NCBI GenBank assembly: GCA_032718475.1
Contig: JAUCBJ010006459.1
Coordinates: 1-64,000 of the forward strand
Length of the DNA: 64,000 nucleotides
Source: Nemertoderma westbladi
Taxonomy: Eukaryota; Animalia; Xenacoelomorpha
Direction: 5' to 3'
Positions 35,281 to 47,699 of the stretch are shown in pieces (positions within the stretch are counted from its first letter, which is position 1; each line of letters opens with the position of its first letter). Position numbers and translations under genes: made by a program. The notes beneath the pieces are model-generated. The model did not search any database, was not told the origin of the DNA, and saw only the letters and a program-made list of their open reading frames with translations.

Positions 35281-37204
35281 TATAGAATTATATTCCCTAA
35301 ATGCCGTGGATTTTCAAAATTTTATTTTATTCGGATTAACTTTGTAAAGATTGCTTTGAGTTCTCATTCGTATTGGTTCTATCATTTGTACATCTATCGG
35401 TCAAGTGGTTCAGTAGCTCAGTCGGTAGAGCGTTGGAAATTATATGTGTAGTAGGTGTTGAGTTCGAATCCTAGTAAGTGCGAATTATTTTTTGTACAGA
35501 ATTTCAACTCATTTAAATTAACCGCTACAAATTAATTGCATTTATCTGTACCAATGAGACTGTAGTTATTTGATTGTAACCAATGTCGTGCAAGTTATAT
35601 ATTAGCTGGACCAATAGCTATCTTTAAAACCCCGTTAGAACCCATAGAACAATCGAGAATTTTCTCGATTGATTGCGGCACAAATTTGCTATATAAAGGT
35701 GCGATTTGTTCATTAGTTATTCACTTCTACTTCACAGATTATCTTATCAATATTCTGTTGTGCTTAGTTTATTTCAGATTACATTGTACATATTATTATA
35801 ATCTTCTGTAATAAAGTCAGAATATTCTCTCAGCTTTTCTATCTGTTTTACTATGGATTCACTACGGTGAACAAACTCAGGGACAGGATGGCCGGCTAGA
35901 GATCGGGCCGCAGCAATGAACGGGAACATCACGGGAATGTAGACGAGAGACAACCCGCAATACCATTTAGAGTTATTCGCCCATCGCCTGAAAGGTTAGA
36001 CAGCGTTCGATCCTTGCTACCTAAGTGTAAGACCAAAAGATCAAAAGGTAGACGTAGTGACACGCTGTAAGCCCAAAATTACATCATAGGGACTGTACTG
36101 TCTTGATTCAGGAAAACCCACAGTAGACCTTCACATTCCTACGGGGGGGGGGGGGGGGGGGGAGAGAGAGCGCAGGCAGATACTAGTACGCAGATAGGAC
36201 GTAGGCACACCGGTACAAGGCATACACATTGGTTAGGGTGCAGCAAACTGTACGCTTAACTCTTGCTAAGTACAGGTGCGTGTGCGACTATTTGCAGTAC
36301 GACAGTGTCCATTACATCAGAACTTGTAGGCTAGGGGGTTGCTGTGTTTTTACCTGAATTGGGATTGTACCGTTCGGGCGGTAGGGCAGTTTACGTACTA
36401 GGCGCAAATAAATTGAGGCTATCAGGGATATACTAACATCTACCGTGTCCCCGCCAACGCCCTAATAGGAAGTTACCCGGACTACCTGGGTGACTAAAAT
36501 TCTAGATAGGAGCCAGGATAGCTATTAGTACCTGTACGCCTACAGTAGTAAACTAACACATCTCTTCTTAGTATCAGGGACCTGGTACCTAAAATTGCCG
36601 AATTCTGGGCGTAGTATTAACCTTATGCCTGAATTTGAGTCCTGGAAATACGCAAGAGGGGAAGGAACCTTATCATTCGTGAGTATTGGACCTACAAGTT
36701 ACAAAATTAGAATATTCGTAAATGCACACCGTACCCAGTAATTATATATGTGAAGGAGCAAAACTGTTTTGACCGTTCAGAATTAACACGCGCGTTAGAA
36801 ATTATTTACACCTCGAAATATATAAAATTAACTTTTGTCCGTACTGTGCTTTGCCCGCTAGTTAGACATCTCCAAATCTCTGCCTGTACCTAGCTAGCGT
36901 CTCTTTGCCCAACCATATAAATCACACCGCGGCAAGGTATACGAGCCTCTTAGTCCGTCAGTGAGTCAGCCTGATTTTAGGATTCGCTGCGCGGGATTTT
37001 GTTTTATCGAAGTTTGTCTGCTCGTAGACTGTTTTCTGCCTCACCGGTTATAAGAGATCGATACTGCAATATATTCGCTTACTTAGTTTATTGTTTTGGT
37101 GAGAAGGTCGGATTTATGATTTCATTTACAAACTTTACAGTAGGATATTGCAGGTATTGTTACCGTCTCTTCGCATAGTAGGAATAGGCGTATCTCTTCA
37201 ATTA
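35281..37204 (+). repeat. 3' LTR of A (1924 bp), preceded by short PPT GGAGCGG; tRNA-like cassette at 35407-35493
   Basis: Direct repeat of 18617-20530. Confidence 0.95.
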
Positions 37205-37209
37205 TTGAA

Positions 37210-39395
37210 AGATGAGTGGGACGTAGAGGTACCAGAGGAAATCAAGAAACAGTGGAGCAAGTGGACAGGAGACTTGGAGAAGATGGGAACATACAACATG
37301 CCACGGGTGTATGTTCTCCGACGCGTCGTTGGAAGCGTACGGAGCGGCACTCTACTTAGTACAACGAAAAGGGGCTCATAAGCCAAGGCTAGCCTTTAGC
37401 AAAGCAAAGTCAACGCCGCCAGACTCAGCATCTGTTCCCAAGTTAGAATTGACAGCTGCGAGACTAGGAGTAAGAGCCACAGCCTACCTAGTAGATACTA
37501 TTCCCAACATAGTGGAGACACACTACTGGATGGACTCCATGGTAGTGCTCGGTTGGCTACACAACGAAAGGACGAGATATCCGATATTCGTCGCGAATAG
37601 AGTGGACGAAATAAGGGCGAGCACAGAACTGGAAAGGTGGCACTACTGCCAAACAGACGAGAACCCAGCGGACTTGCTGTCGAGGGGCGTGGAACGCCAC
37701 ACTTTCCTGAAGAAGGAAGTATTGTGGCAACATGGGCCACAATTTCTGAGCGATAGGGAGGCCTGGCCGCCGATAAGGAAGGTGGACCCGGGCTCGGAAG
37801 TAGTATCAGAAGGAGAAGAGGGGGATTCAGAGGGAGAAGAGATATACTCCCAGATGGTGAGGGAGATTAGGGACGTGCAACCAGGAAGGGAACTGTGCGA
37901 TAACCCAACGGATAAACTCCTCAGCTACAGTTCTAGTTGGTATAAGACCAAGAAACTAGTAGCGTACTGGAGAGCCTTCGGGAATTTCCTTGCGGGAGTT
38001 GGCAAGGACAAGAAGATCAGGACAACCATAGATCTGGAGGGAGCGGCGAAGGCAGTGATCCGCTATGAACAATGGAAGAACTACGGTGACGAGGTAGAAC
38101 GCGTCGGTAACCAACAGCACCTCCGACGGGACAGCGAGCTGATTACGCTGTCGCCACAACTCAATGATGACGGGATTCTAGTAATGAATTCTAGGGTGGG
38201 ATACAACAATAGCATAGTCGTACCACCGAAACCCATCATCATTCCTACAGGATCGCCAATAGTCCACCAGATTATATGGGACTCCCATAAATCGATATTA
38301 TATGGGGGCACCAACCGAACCCTCACAGAGATAAGGAGGACCTATTGGGTCAAACAATTAAGGAAGAAGGTTAAAGCGGTAGTGGGGCAGTGCCAGACCT
38401 GCCGACGGGCGAAGAAGGAGCGAGCCATACAGGAGATGGCGCCACTACCGGCGAGTAGGGTAAGACAGCACGACCCGCCATTTACGCATTGCGGTGTGGA
38501 CATGTTCGGGCCGATAAAGATCAAGGTGATGCGACACACGGAGAAACGCTACGGTATTATCTTCGTATGCAACAATACGCGGGCGGTAGGGATAGAACTC
38601 GCCCAAGATGCAACCGCATCAGCGTTCATTAACGCCTTAGAAAGGTTTAGGGACCGCAAAGGTGGGACGATCGCAGTGATATACAGCGACAACGGCACCA
38701 ACTTTGTGGGTGCAGAGAGTGAGATGGCAGAGGCCCTGGACATCTTGGAGGGGGAAGAAGTCAAGGCAGCCATGAGGAGACGTCAAGTAAAGTGGGAGAG
38801 ACGGACGCCGTATGCACCACATACACTAGGATGCGTCGAGAGACTGGTGGGCAGTTCAAAGCGTCTAATGACGAAGCTAATGAACACCCACATGGTCACT
38901 GAGGACGTTTTACGGACAGTACTTGCGAAGTGCGAGGGGATCATTAATAGCAGACCGCTATATCCGGAGAATGATGACCCTGAGTCGTTAGACGTGCTGA
39001 CGCCTAGCCATTTCCTGATGGAAAGGCCAGCGACCATCGATATGCGGGGTGTAGACGCAGATGACATACACTCCCGCCAAAGTTGGAAAGTCGCAAAGGC
39101 GATAAGCGCTGAGTATTGGAGGAGATGGGTCGAGGAATACCTACCCACGCTCCATAAGCGAAGCAAATGGAGGAAACCGAACAGGGAGTTAAGAACAGGA
39201 GATCTCGTAATCGTTACGGATGATACTATCATCAACAACCAGTGGCGGTTGGCGAGAGTTGTAGACACCTACTCCGACGAGGACGGAAGAGTCCGATCGG
39301 TAGAAGTGCGGATAGGTGGAAAGATAGGTGCGAAGGACAGAAAAACCTACAGGAGAGCAGTAGGGAAATGCTGTCTTCTAGAAGGGGCACCTTAG
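37210..39395 (+). pseudogene. B pol 3' part: RNase H and integrase
   Basis: FSDASLEAYG, PKLEL, WMDS, NPAD, CQTC, DMFGP, SDNGTNFVG and GCVERLV. There is a frameshifting deletion after PRVY near 37310. Confidence 0.93.
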
Positions 39396-39519
39396 AAGTG
39401 GAGTTAGCGCTTGGTTTAGTCGTCCAAGTTTTGGACTGAGGGGGGTGGGATTGAGGGCGAGACGCCCTTCCCACATATAAAATTTGAAAAATAAAATAAA
39501 AATAAAATAATAGTACATG

Positions 39520-40125
39520 AGTAGGTACGCAGTTAGTAGGCAGAAGGTACGTAGTACCTAATTAGTTAGTAGGTACGTAGTACCTAGAGTTAGTTAGTTA
39601 GTCAGAAGGTACGTAGTACCTAAGTTAGTTAGTAGGTACGTAGTACCTAGAGTTAGTTAGTTAGTTAGAAGGTACGTAGTACCTAATCAGTTAGTAGGTA
39701 CGTAGTACCTAGAGTTAGTTAGTTAGTCAGAAGGTACGTAGTACCTAATTAGTTAGTAGGTACGTAGTACCTAGAGTTAGTTAGTTAGTTAGTAGGTACG
39801 TAGTACCTAGAGTTAGTTAGAGAGTTAGAGGGTACGTGGTACCGTTAGTTAGAGTTAGAGGGTACGTAGTACCGTTAGTTAGAGTTAGAGTTAGAGGGTA
39901 CGTAGTACCGTTAGTTAGAGTTAGAGTTAGAGGGTACGTGGTACCGTTAGTTAGAGTTAGAGTTAGAGGGTACGTAGTACCGTTAGATAGAGTTAGAGTT
40001 AGAGGGTACATAGTACCGTTAGTTAGAGTTAGAGGGTACGTAGTACCGTTAATTAGAGAGTCGGAGGGTACGTAGTACCATTAGTTAGAGAAGAGTTAGA
40101 GTTAGAGGGTATGTGGTACCATTAG
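39520..40125. repeat. Tandem array of GGTACGTAGTACC cores with (TTAG)n/(TTAGAG)n spacers between pol and ORF2 of B
   Basis: Directly visible; about 18 cores. Confidence 0.92.
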
Positions 40126-40614
40126 AGAGAGAGGGAGTAAGAGGTAGAAGGGTATATAAGATATAGATATTAGTTAGCAGTTAGTAGCGAGAGGGGGGCA
40201 TATGAGTACAGCTGGGTAAATCGTGTGGCCACACGACGCATACTGCTGTACTGCATAGACCCACAGAGTAGGCCAGAATGTGGATTAGAGAATAGAATAA
40301 TCCATAGGCAGTAGTAAGTAGTAGGACAGTAGAATCAAATTAAAATAGATAAATAAATAGAATAGGGCTGAAAGTTGTGAAATAGTGGCAACATAAGGGA
40401 AGTTATTCTAGAACATAATAAAAGTAACGGACAGAAATTGTAAATTACGCTCATTTACTAGCTTCAAAATTAATTAGGAATAATTTAGGTTAAAAGGCGC
40501 AGTTAAGTAGAAGTAGGCCATTATCGAACTGTACAGAACATCCTAGATACATCACTCATCTGTATTGCGCCTTGGTAAGGCACCACCTTGCAGGTGAGCG
40601 AGTGAACGTTCGGA

Positions 40615-42298
40615 ATGGCGAGTAAGTTGATCAGAAAGAGAAAGGCGGAGTCAGGAGGAAAGGAGATACTGGTGGATTTCACCGAGAGACATCCGGAAGA
40701 GAAGACGAGAGGATACTACGAGAGGTTGGAAAGGGGTCACGCGGCACGAGCGTTGCAGGATCACTTCCGGGAGGCGCACGAACAGCGGCTGGTCGGGACC
40801 TACGGGACCCCGTCGCTAGACAACGCGATCTTCCAACATTTCCACTACGTAGTGAAAGGGGACGAGGCGAAGTTCGGGATTCCGAAGTACCCGAGGGAAT
40901 CACCGAGGAAGGACTGGAAGAGGTTCATAGAGTCCGTCAACAGAGGAGGATATATGATCCTAGATGACGAGGGAACCGTGGAGGACGAAGCGGGTTCGAG
41001 ACGAGGAACGGCAGGGTCGGCCAGGACCATACTCCTACATTTGGCCGCGCCAAATGGGGACATCTTCTTATTCGACCTAGGGACGTATGGGAAGAAGGAC
41101 GGGCCGAAATTAGACCGATTACCGAAAGCGGTACAAGTCTTAGTAAGAGAGAAGTCGACGACGAAAGTGGGATCGGCGATTCGCGAGGACGCGGAGAGGA
41201 TCATCGGTCCGGACGCCACCAACCTCCTGGATATGCAGAAAGTCTTTATGGCTATGACGGCACCGGATGGATTGGGGGTAGTCGGAAACACAGGCCAATG
41301 CGGGGCGGTGGCGATGGGCCAATTATTGGGGCTCGTATGCCACAAACCGATGGACTGGGGGAAGTTTAGGGAAGAATACGGAGCAGAACTAGCGAACTCG
41401 CTAAAGTGGGGAGCGAGACCGGGAAAGCAGGAGGTATATCAATTCCGCAGAGGAGCGATAAAGGTATATCAGAAGCGATATATCCTACAGGAAGACTGGA
41501 TCATGATAAGTTTGCTTAACTTATTTATGACCGTGGTTATCGAGAGGGAACCAGGGGCATTTCTGTTATCGGGATCACCCCTAAGCTACAGGAGAGCCTT
41601 TAAGACGGCCTTTGACGGTCTGGTAGACCACCCGGGGCTGAAGGGTGAGTCGGTATACTATAACAGCCGGCATCTGGTAGACGGGGAGACAGATACACCG
41701 TATCAGAGATGGGAGCAGTTAGAAGCGGATAGACGAGAAGCAAAGGGGACACTACGGACGCGAGTGCGACTGGATGAACGACGAGGAGAAGTTCACAAGG
41801 TTCGAGGAGTGGGCCGACGTCGGGGCCATGACGCGCCAGCGCATGAAGGCCCAGGAGTTTAAGTGGGGTTTCTTCCTTATCAATCAGGAGACTCACATGG
41901 AAATCATAAAGCGGAGGCTACCGTTTACCTACCAAGAGGTAGCAACGGCGGCGTCGTACGCTGGAGTGATGAACACGCAAAGGTATCTGGACAGGTGGAC
42001 GCCAGACAACCGAAGGGAGTTTAGGGATTTCTTGGCGGAGCACGTACCAAAGGCAATGAAAATGATCCTATGGGACGCCACTAGAGGGAGACAACCGGGC
42101 CACTCTGAGGGGCCACCGGCGAAGCGATATCGGGCACTAATAACACCAGCGCCCAAGGAGCCAACGACCGGGATCAGCAGGGAGGTGGCGGCGAAGGTCC
42201 GAAAACAGAAGGCGGATAATGCCAGAGGAACGGTGATAACCAAGAAACGACCCAGGGAAGAGGACGCCAGGGGGAACTATCCCCAGAGGAACAGATAG
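40615..42298 (+). pseudogene. Accessory ORF2 of B: DEDDy exonuclease-like, homologous to A ORF2; frameshifting deletion near 41735
   Basis: GYMILDDEG, LHLAAPNGDIFLFD, RLPKAVQVLVREKSTTKVGSAIREDA and LLDMQ. The second frame resumes with a half knuckle (KQRGHYGREC) and FEEWAD...WGFFLIN, matching A's FDEWEDLAD...LGFWAVN. Confidence 0.8.
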
Positions 42299-43009
42299 GT
42301 TCCCGAGTCGAGGGAGAGAGACTGGGACTTGGACGTGGTACGCCTGGAAGGCGCCGCGTGGGACGTACGAACTATTAAGTACAAATCTAATTAATGCAAA
42401 TAATCATATAAGTGCAATTTGTATGTACGTACGTAGTAATTAGTAATCTAGAAATATATACGTTCGGAGTAAGTACTATAGTCATACAACCTTTCTCAAT
42501 TAGCTACTGGGACTGGGGGATAACTGACTATGGGACTATGGACGAGACACCAGACAATTCCACACTTCTTGAGTGCGACGGCACAAGAGGGGGGGGGGGG
42601 AGATTCTGTCAGAAGGGATGGGACAGTCAGAGTGAGGTTGAGGGACGGAATAATAGTGCGGAGTGCGGAGAGAGTGCGGACGCAATTCTAGTGTGGGGGG
42701 GGGAGAATAAGAGGCTGAGCGAGGGACGAGGAGGTCCGAGTGTGAGAGAGTTAGGGTGAGAGTGAAGGTGAGATAGGGCGGAAGTGTTGGGGAAACAAAA
42801 GTTGCGTGAAAGGTGAGCGCGATCGGCCCGACATGAGACGCCAGGCACACAGGGTAGCGTTATCATACCCATAGGGGGCGGCCTGGAAAGCCGGCTCCAA
42901 GAGAAAAGAATTCCACCCCACACCCGATACTAGATCGGGATCCAGCGGGATTGTAGCGCACTTTTTGGTTGATGCTATCTTCTTACCGGGAAGATAGCAT
43001 GGGGGGGAG

Positions 43010-43541
43010 TGTTAGCTTATTCAATCCCGCTAACACCCCATAAAGTTATAAGCCGATAAGCAATATTGGGAGCCACGAGATTGGGCAATTAACCAACTCG
43101 TGCCATCCCAATAAGAGTGGGAAGGAAGCACACAATAAAGGGTCAGGGGCCAAACCCCTAACCCAGAGAGTACAGGTGGAGTGAACGGGAACACTCCACG
43201 GGGCGCCAACAAGGGTATCAACCAATCAGAGGGGGGCAAGGCATCGATTGAGTAGAGCAATAAGGCCACCGTGCAATATAACCAGTAACACAATGTCAGT
43301 AATTCAGTTATCTCAGTGCAGTGTAGGTTAGTTAGTTTAGATAGGGGAGCACGGGACTTTAGTTACCGTATCCCGCCTTCCGTATATTATACTACAGTCA
43401 TCATATCTATATCTTATACCTATCAATTATTATACACCGAATATCAGAACTCATTCACTATTTCCGTTTACTCTTTATACACGGCGGGGACGCGTAAACT
43501 AAACACCGGATAAATCGGGATCCCTCCTGGATCCCGTCACA
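43010..43541 (+). repeat. 3' LTR of B (532 bp) preceded by PPT GGGGGGGAG
   Basis: Direct repeat of 11766-12297, followed by TSD TTAAA. Confidence 0.97.
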
Positions 43542-43597
43542 TTAAATCAAAGTCTTACAAATTCGAACGTCAACGAACAACTTCGAACGTTACTGTC

Positions 43598-43700
43598 CCA
43601 CCTTGGTGTAGTGGTTGCGTTGAATTCACATCTCCCATAGTTCATGGGTTCAAACCCCGCATGGACCAGGGCAGATTTCGTTCGGTCAGCAATAGGCCTA
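43598..43700 (+). mobile_element. tRNA-derived SINE-like head
   Basis: A box TGGTGTAGTGG and B box GGTTCAAACC at tRNA-like spacing; no cloverleaf. Confidence 0.45.
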
Positions 43701-45009
43701 AGTATACAAAATGCAGTATTATTGCCTAGTAACCAATTCATAGCTACTATATGGTTTTCACTTTGAGAAATTTCGCCCTCTAGTGGCAGACTGGGGAACT
43801 TCAGACTACTCTGTGACTCCGCAAAAGATATAGCCTATATTGTAATAGATACCGAGTGGGGGGGGGGGGGTCAAAATTAAGTAATAATATATCTAAATAA
43901 GTCTCAAACATCTTGCCTCATGGCTCGCCCCTCAGAACTCTTAAACAATATAGGTTCATAGTTTTTAAGGAAAACTGGTAAACGAGATTTGTTAATAGTT
44001 AATAGAAAACAATATATAAAGTAAAAGTAATACAAATAATTAAAGTAAAAGTAAATACAAATATTTAATTTAAAATTAAATACAAATAAATAAATTAAAA
44101 TGAAATACAAATAAATAAGTATCAATAAATAAAAGAGCTGAGGTGTCACTTATGACACCCTCTTGGGCAGCTTTGTGACAGTTGGACAACACAGACACCA
44201 TTGCGTGTTAGGGCGCTAATCAGTCTGATTAATTAGGATAATCAATTAAACCCTAACTAGGAGTCATAAGACAACTATTAGGATGTTGATTAATTTTCCT
44301 CCATGATCATCTTTTAGGTTGTAATCTAAGAGATGAATATAATTTTCAGAAGCCTCAATATCGATTGTACTTAAAACTTTCCTTGCTTTTTCAGAAAAAA
44401 ACAATTTTATAATTATCATCACCTCGACGGGAAATAGTATAATCAATAATAATATACGGCTCGCCATCTTCTGAAAAAAATTAATGTCTTACTATTGGCA
44501 TATCCATATCAGAAGACATTATTTAATTTATTTTAATGTAAATCAAACAAAGTAAAAACTTTTTAATCTAAAACCATTATGCGCAGTTGATTATCGATCG
44601 TCGATTCTTTCAAGTATATGATGCGAGTAGCAGATGGTCGTCGTAGAGTGGAATTGAGTGAATTTCAATAGTCCTCCCTACGGGATGTCCCTTGAAAAGC
44701 ATAGGGAGGACATCCTTCTACTACTGGGGCGTGTCACTGAATTACGACACTATAAGTAGTATAGACTTGGGTGGCTTTGTGACACTTAGACCAAACTGAC
44801 TGGCGCCAGACTGTCTGGGTGACACCCAATGTCACCCTATGGGTGTCATTTGGCACCTCCTAATTAGGCTATTTAGACCCTAATTGACAGGTGTCATCCA
44901 TAAAATAGTACAATTAAACCATAATTTCGTAGGGATAGATGTCGATCTAGTTTTATTTCAAACTTTTCACCACCCTCGTTGTATTGCATAATAACAATTA
45001 ACTCGTCTA

Positions 45010-47490
45010 TCATTGATAATAGTAAGGAGGTATGTTGGGATTATATTTGTTCGTGTTGTTATTTTGTTTCTGTCCCTGCCACGGTGTGGCCCTACTCCCA
45101 GCTAACTGTGGACTTGTAGTCCCCTGCGTGGCCGCATGCGTTAGTGATTGCCTCACTTTAGGAAATGCATCTGCCGGACTATGTTCCAGTTTAGGTCGGC
45201 TGCATTCCGCATTCGGTACTTTGCCTAGACTGTCCTCACTATAGACTGGATCCGTTATTAGCTCCGCCTCGTAGTTTAGGAAGTTCGACATCTCCTCCAA
45301 CCCTGGCTCCGCACCCTTCTTCTCTCGAGTGGAGAAAGCGATCTTTCTCCATTTGTTCCTTTACCAAATCGGTAGTGCCTGCGCTATGTTCTAGTGCCTG
45401 CGCTAGTGCCTTGTTCTATGCACTTAGTTCGTATGGTGCATCTAGGGTCTTTAAGACTATCAGCACCTTTTCTACTCTGTTAGCAAAAGTCTTGATGCTA
45501 ACAGGGTTATCTGCGAGTCCGCCTGATGTTATTTCCCTTAAGGTTTGTCGGATATAATCTTAGCAGGATGGCCAAATTACCTGTCCAGGGCTCTCCACGC
45601 AGTTGTAAATCCTCCTTCAATTCCTTGGTATTGCCTTACGATGTCATAGGCTGGACCCCCTGTATAGACATGTAGATATTTTAGGCACTCCGCCTGTGTG
45701 TGATTTTTCATCAAAATCTCATTGCTGTACATCCTCCAGAACTGTAGATATTCTCCCGGCTTGCTACCATCAAACTTAAAAGGCTCCTCTGGTGGCAGCT
45801 CTATTCTAGTTTTCAGCGCGTCGATGAGTGTTGCTATTGCCATCGCTTTAATTTACAGCGTGCTCAATGGTACGGATGCAGGCTCCTTCAATGTTGACTG
45901 TGCTTCACCTCTCGGGTTTGTCGACTTTCCCTGAGTGGGATATATCATCGGGGGTGGCGGTACCTCCATATCTCCGTGTCATATGATTTATTTGTATCTG
46001 AGGGGGTCGGGGTTTTTAATTTTGGTTGTGTGTGTGGATACAGTAATGGGGGGAATGTCACCATGCCCCCCCCCCCCCCCCCCCACCGATGTTATATTTG
46101 ACATTGGGGTAGATGTCATTTTGTTGGGGCCCATACACCTATCTGCAATACCCCCCCCCCCCCTCCCCTGGGTATGTGTTATATCCCTGCATATTATAGT
46201 CATACAAGTGTGCAGGTACCGGTATAGGCCTAACAGGTTCCTGCATACTCACCGGTATGTAAGCCGCGACCTCCGGGTCAAATCCCGGCATTCACGCTAC
46301 CCTATCACCTACACTATCTCTCCCAACATGGCCTATAGTATGTGCAGTGAGACTTACAGTATGTCCTGCAGTCTGCCTATGTTCCTCAGGATCGAAGTTT
46401 AATCTTCTCGAATATTCCGAGAACACCTCCCCGCAACTACCATATCGTCGATCGGCAGCTACGTTCCGACGGGAAGTTTCCTTCAGATCCCTTCCTCTGT
46501 CTTCCTCCTCATACCGGTACACTCTGTACCCCTCACCCGGTGTGGTATATTTCGCCAGGTTGTGTTTCTCCGGGGCGACGGCAATATCCCGAAGTACGAC
46601 CCCACTGGCTCTCCCCCTCTAGTTCAACTAGCGACGGTTCACTGTCCGTCCTATCTCGATGTCTCTGGTTGCCCGTAGCAACATTTCCTCATTTCTCCTC
46701 GCATCCTCTGGTTTCGGCGCCATATCCACGTTCATGAGGTCTCGTATCGACCTCCTGGATGAACTCTACTGTTCTCCTTCCATCTTCTGAGTGGGCTCAA
46801 CGTTTTCTCATTTGGCTGCTTACGGCACCAATGTCCCTCCCTCTGCCCAGTTGTATGGCCTCGCGGATATTCGTTGCCCTTCTACTATCCTCCGTCGTCG
46901 GGTGCCACAGTTCACTTAACCCACCGCACGCATTTCCCGCAGACATTCGTGAGGTGTCTGCCCCCCCTCTATTCTCCACTGTCGTTGGGAGCCCCGGTTC
47001 ATTTGAATCACCGCGCATATTTCCCGTCGACATCCTATTGCGGTGGGGTGCCCTTCCCCCCCCCACCCGTCACTTCGCCCCACCCCCCTGCCCATGTTCC
47101 CCTCTAGTCGAGTTACTTCTGTTCTCCCTGGGTTCATTCGCCTGCGTTTCTCCCTGCGCAACCGCGTGGCCTTGTAGGCCCCCGCTAGGCGAATTACCTA
47201 TTTCCCCAACGTTTGTATTAATCATACCGCCACTAGCCTCACCCTCATCATTCATTATATTATTACTTGCATTATTTTGATTAATTTCAGCGGGATTATT
47301 CATAATATTGTTATTTCTGTACCACCACTCGCGGTATTATTAAATTATTTTGGTTATCTGGCGCAGCAATATTTACATTATTACTATTTATTAAAACATT
47401 ATTTCCTGCAAGAAATGTTTCATTATTGTTAGGGTTATCTACTACGGTATTATTAATATTAACGTTTTCATTGAACGTATTGTCGTGTAT
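45010..47490 (-). pseudogene. Degenerate gag fragment of a B-related BEL/Pao element (B')
   Basis: Minus-strand pieces match B gag: IATLIDALKTRIELPP, EEMSNFLNYEAELITDPVYSEDSLGK and NFDPEEHRQT. Confidence 0.88.
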
Positions 47491-47574
47491 GTTCAGTATT
47501 GCTTCAGTCGACCAAGGTCAAGATGGATCAAAGATTGGATATATCTTTTTACATAACACAGCAGAACACAGTAG

Positions 47575-47620
47575 AACACAGCAGAACACAGTAGAACACA
47601 GCAGAACACAATAGAATACA
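47575..47620. repeat. 10-bp microsatellite (ACACAGYAGA)n
   Basis: Directly visible. Confidence 0.8.
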
Positions 47621-47699
47621 GGCGGAACATAGGCGAACACAGCTGTAATTAAAATCTACACCAAAAAATAACACATTTGGGAAAGTAGGCCTACCGGAT

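Larger units (their letters stand above)
18617..37204 (+). mobile_element. Full-length BEL/Pao LTR retrotransposon 'A' (18.6 kb) nested in the pol of B
   Basis: LTRs at 18617-20530 and 35281-37204; TSD TTGAA (18612-16 and 37205-09). Removing A restores the B frame KRVYKL|KDEWDVEV. Confidence 0.97.
11766..43541 (+). mobile_element. Full-length BEL/Pao LTR retrotransposon 'B' (about 13.2 kb without the nested A)
   Basis: LTRs at 11766-12297 and 43010-43541 (TGTTAGC...GTCACA), TSD TTAAA (11761-65 and 43542-46), PPT at 43001-43009, and gag-PR-RT-RH-IN domain order. Confidence 0.97.

Noticed and set aside
42920-43036. Classifying B as a DIRS/tyrosine-recombinase element because of the ICR-like 18-mer
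   Set aside because: B has direct LTRs, a 5-bp TSD, a PPT and a DDE integrase.
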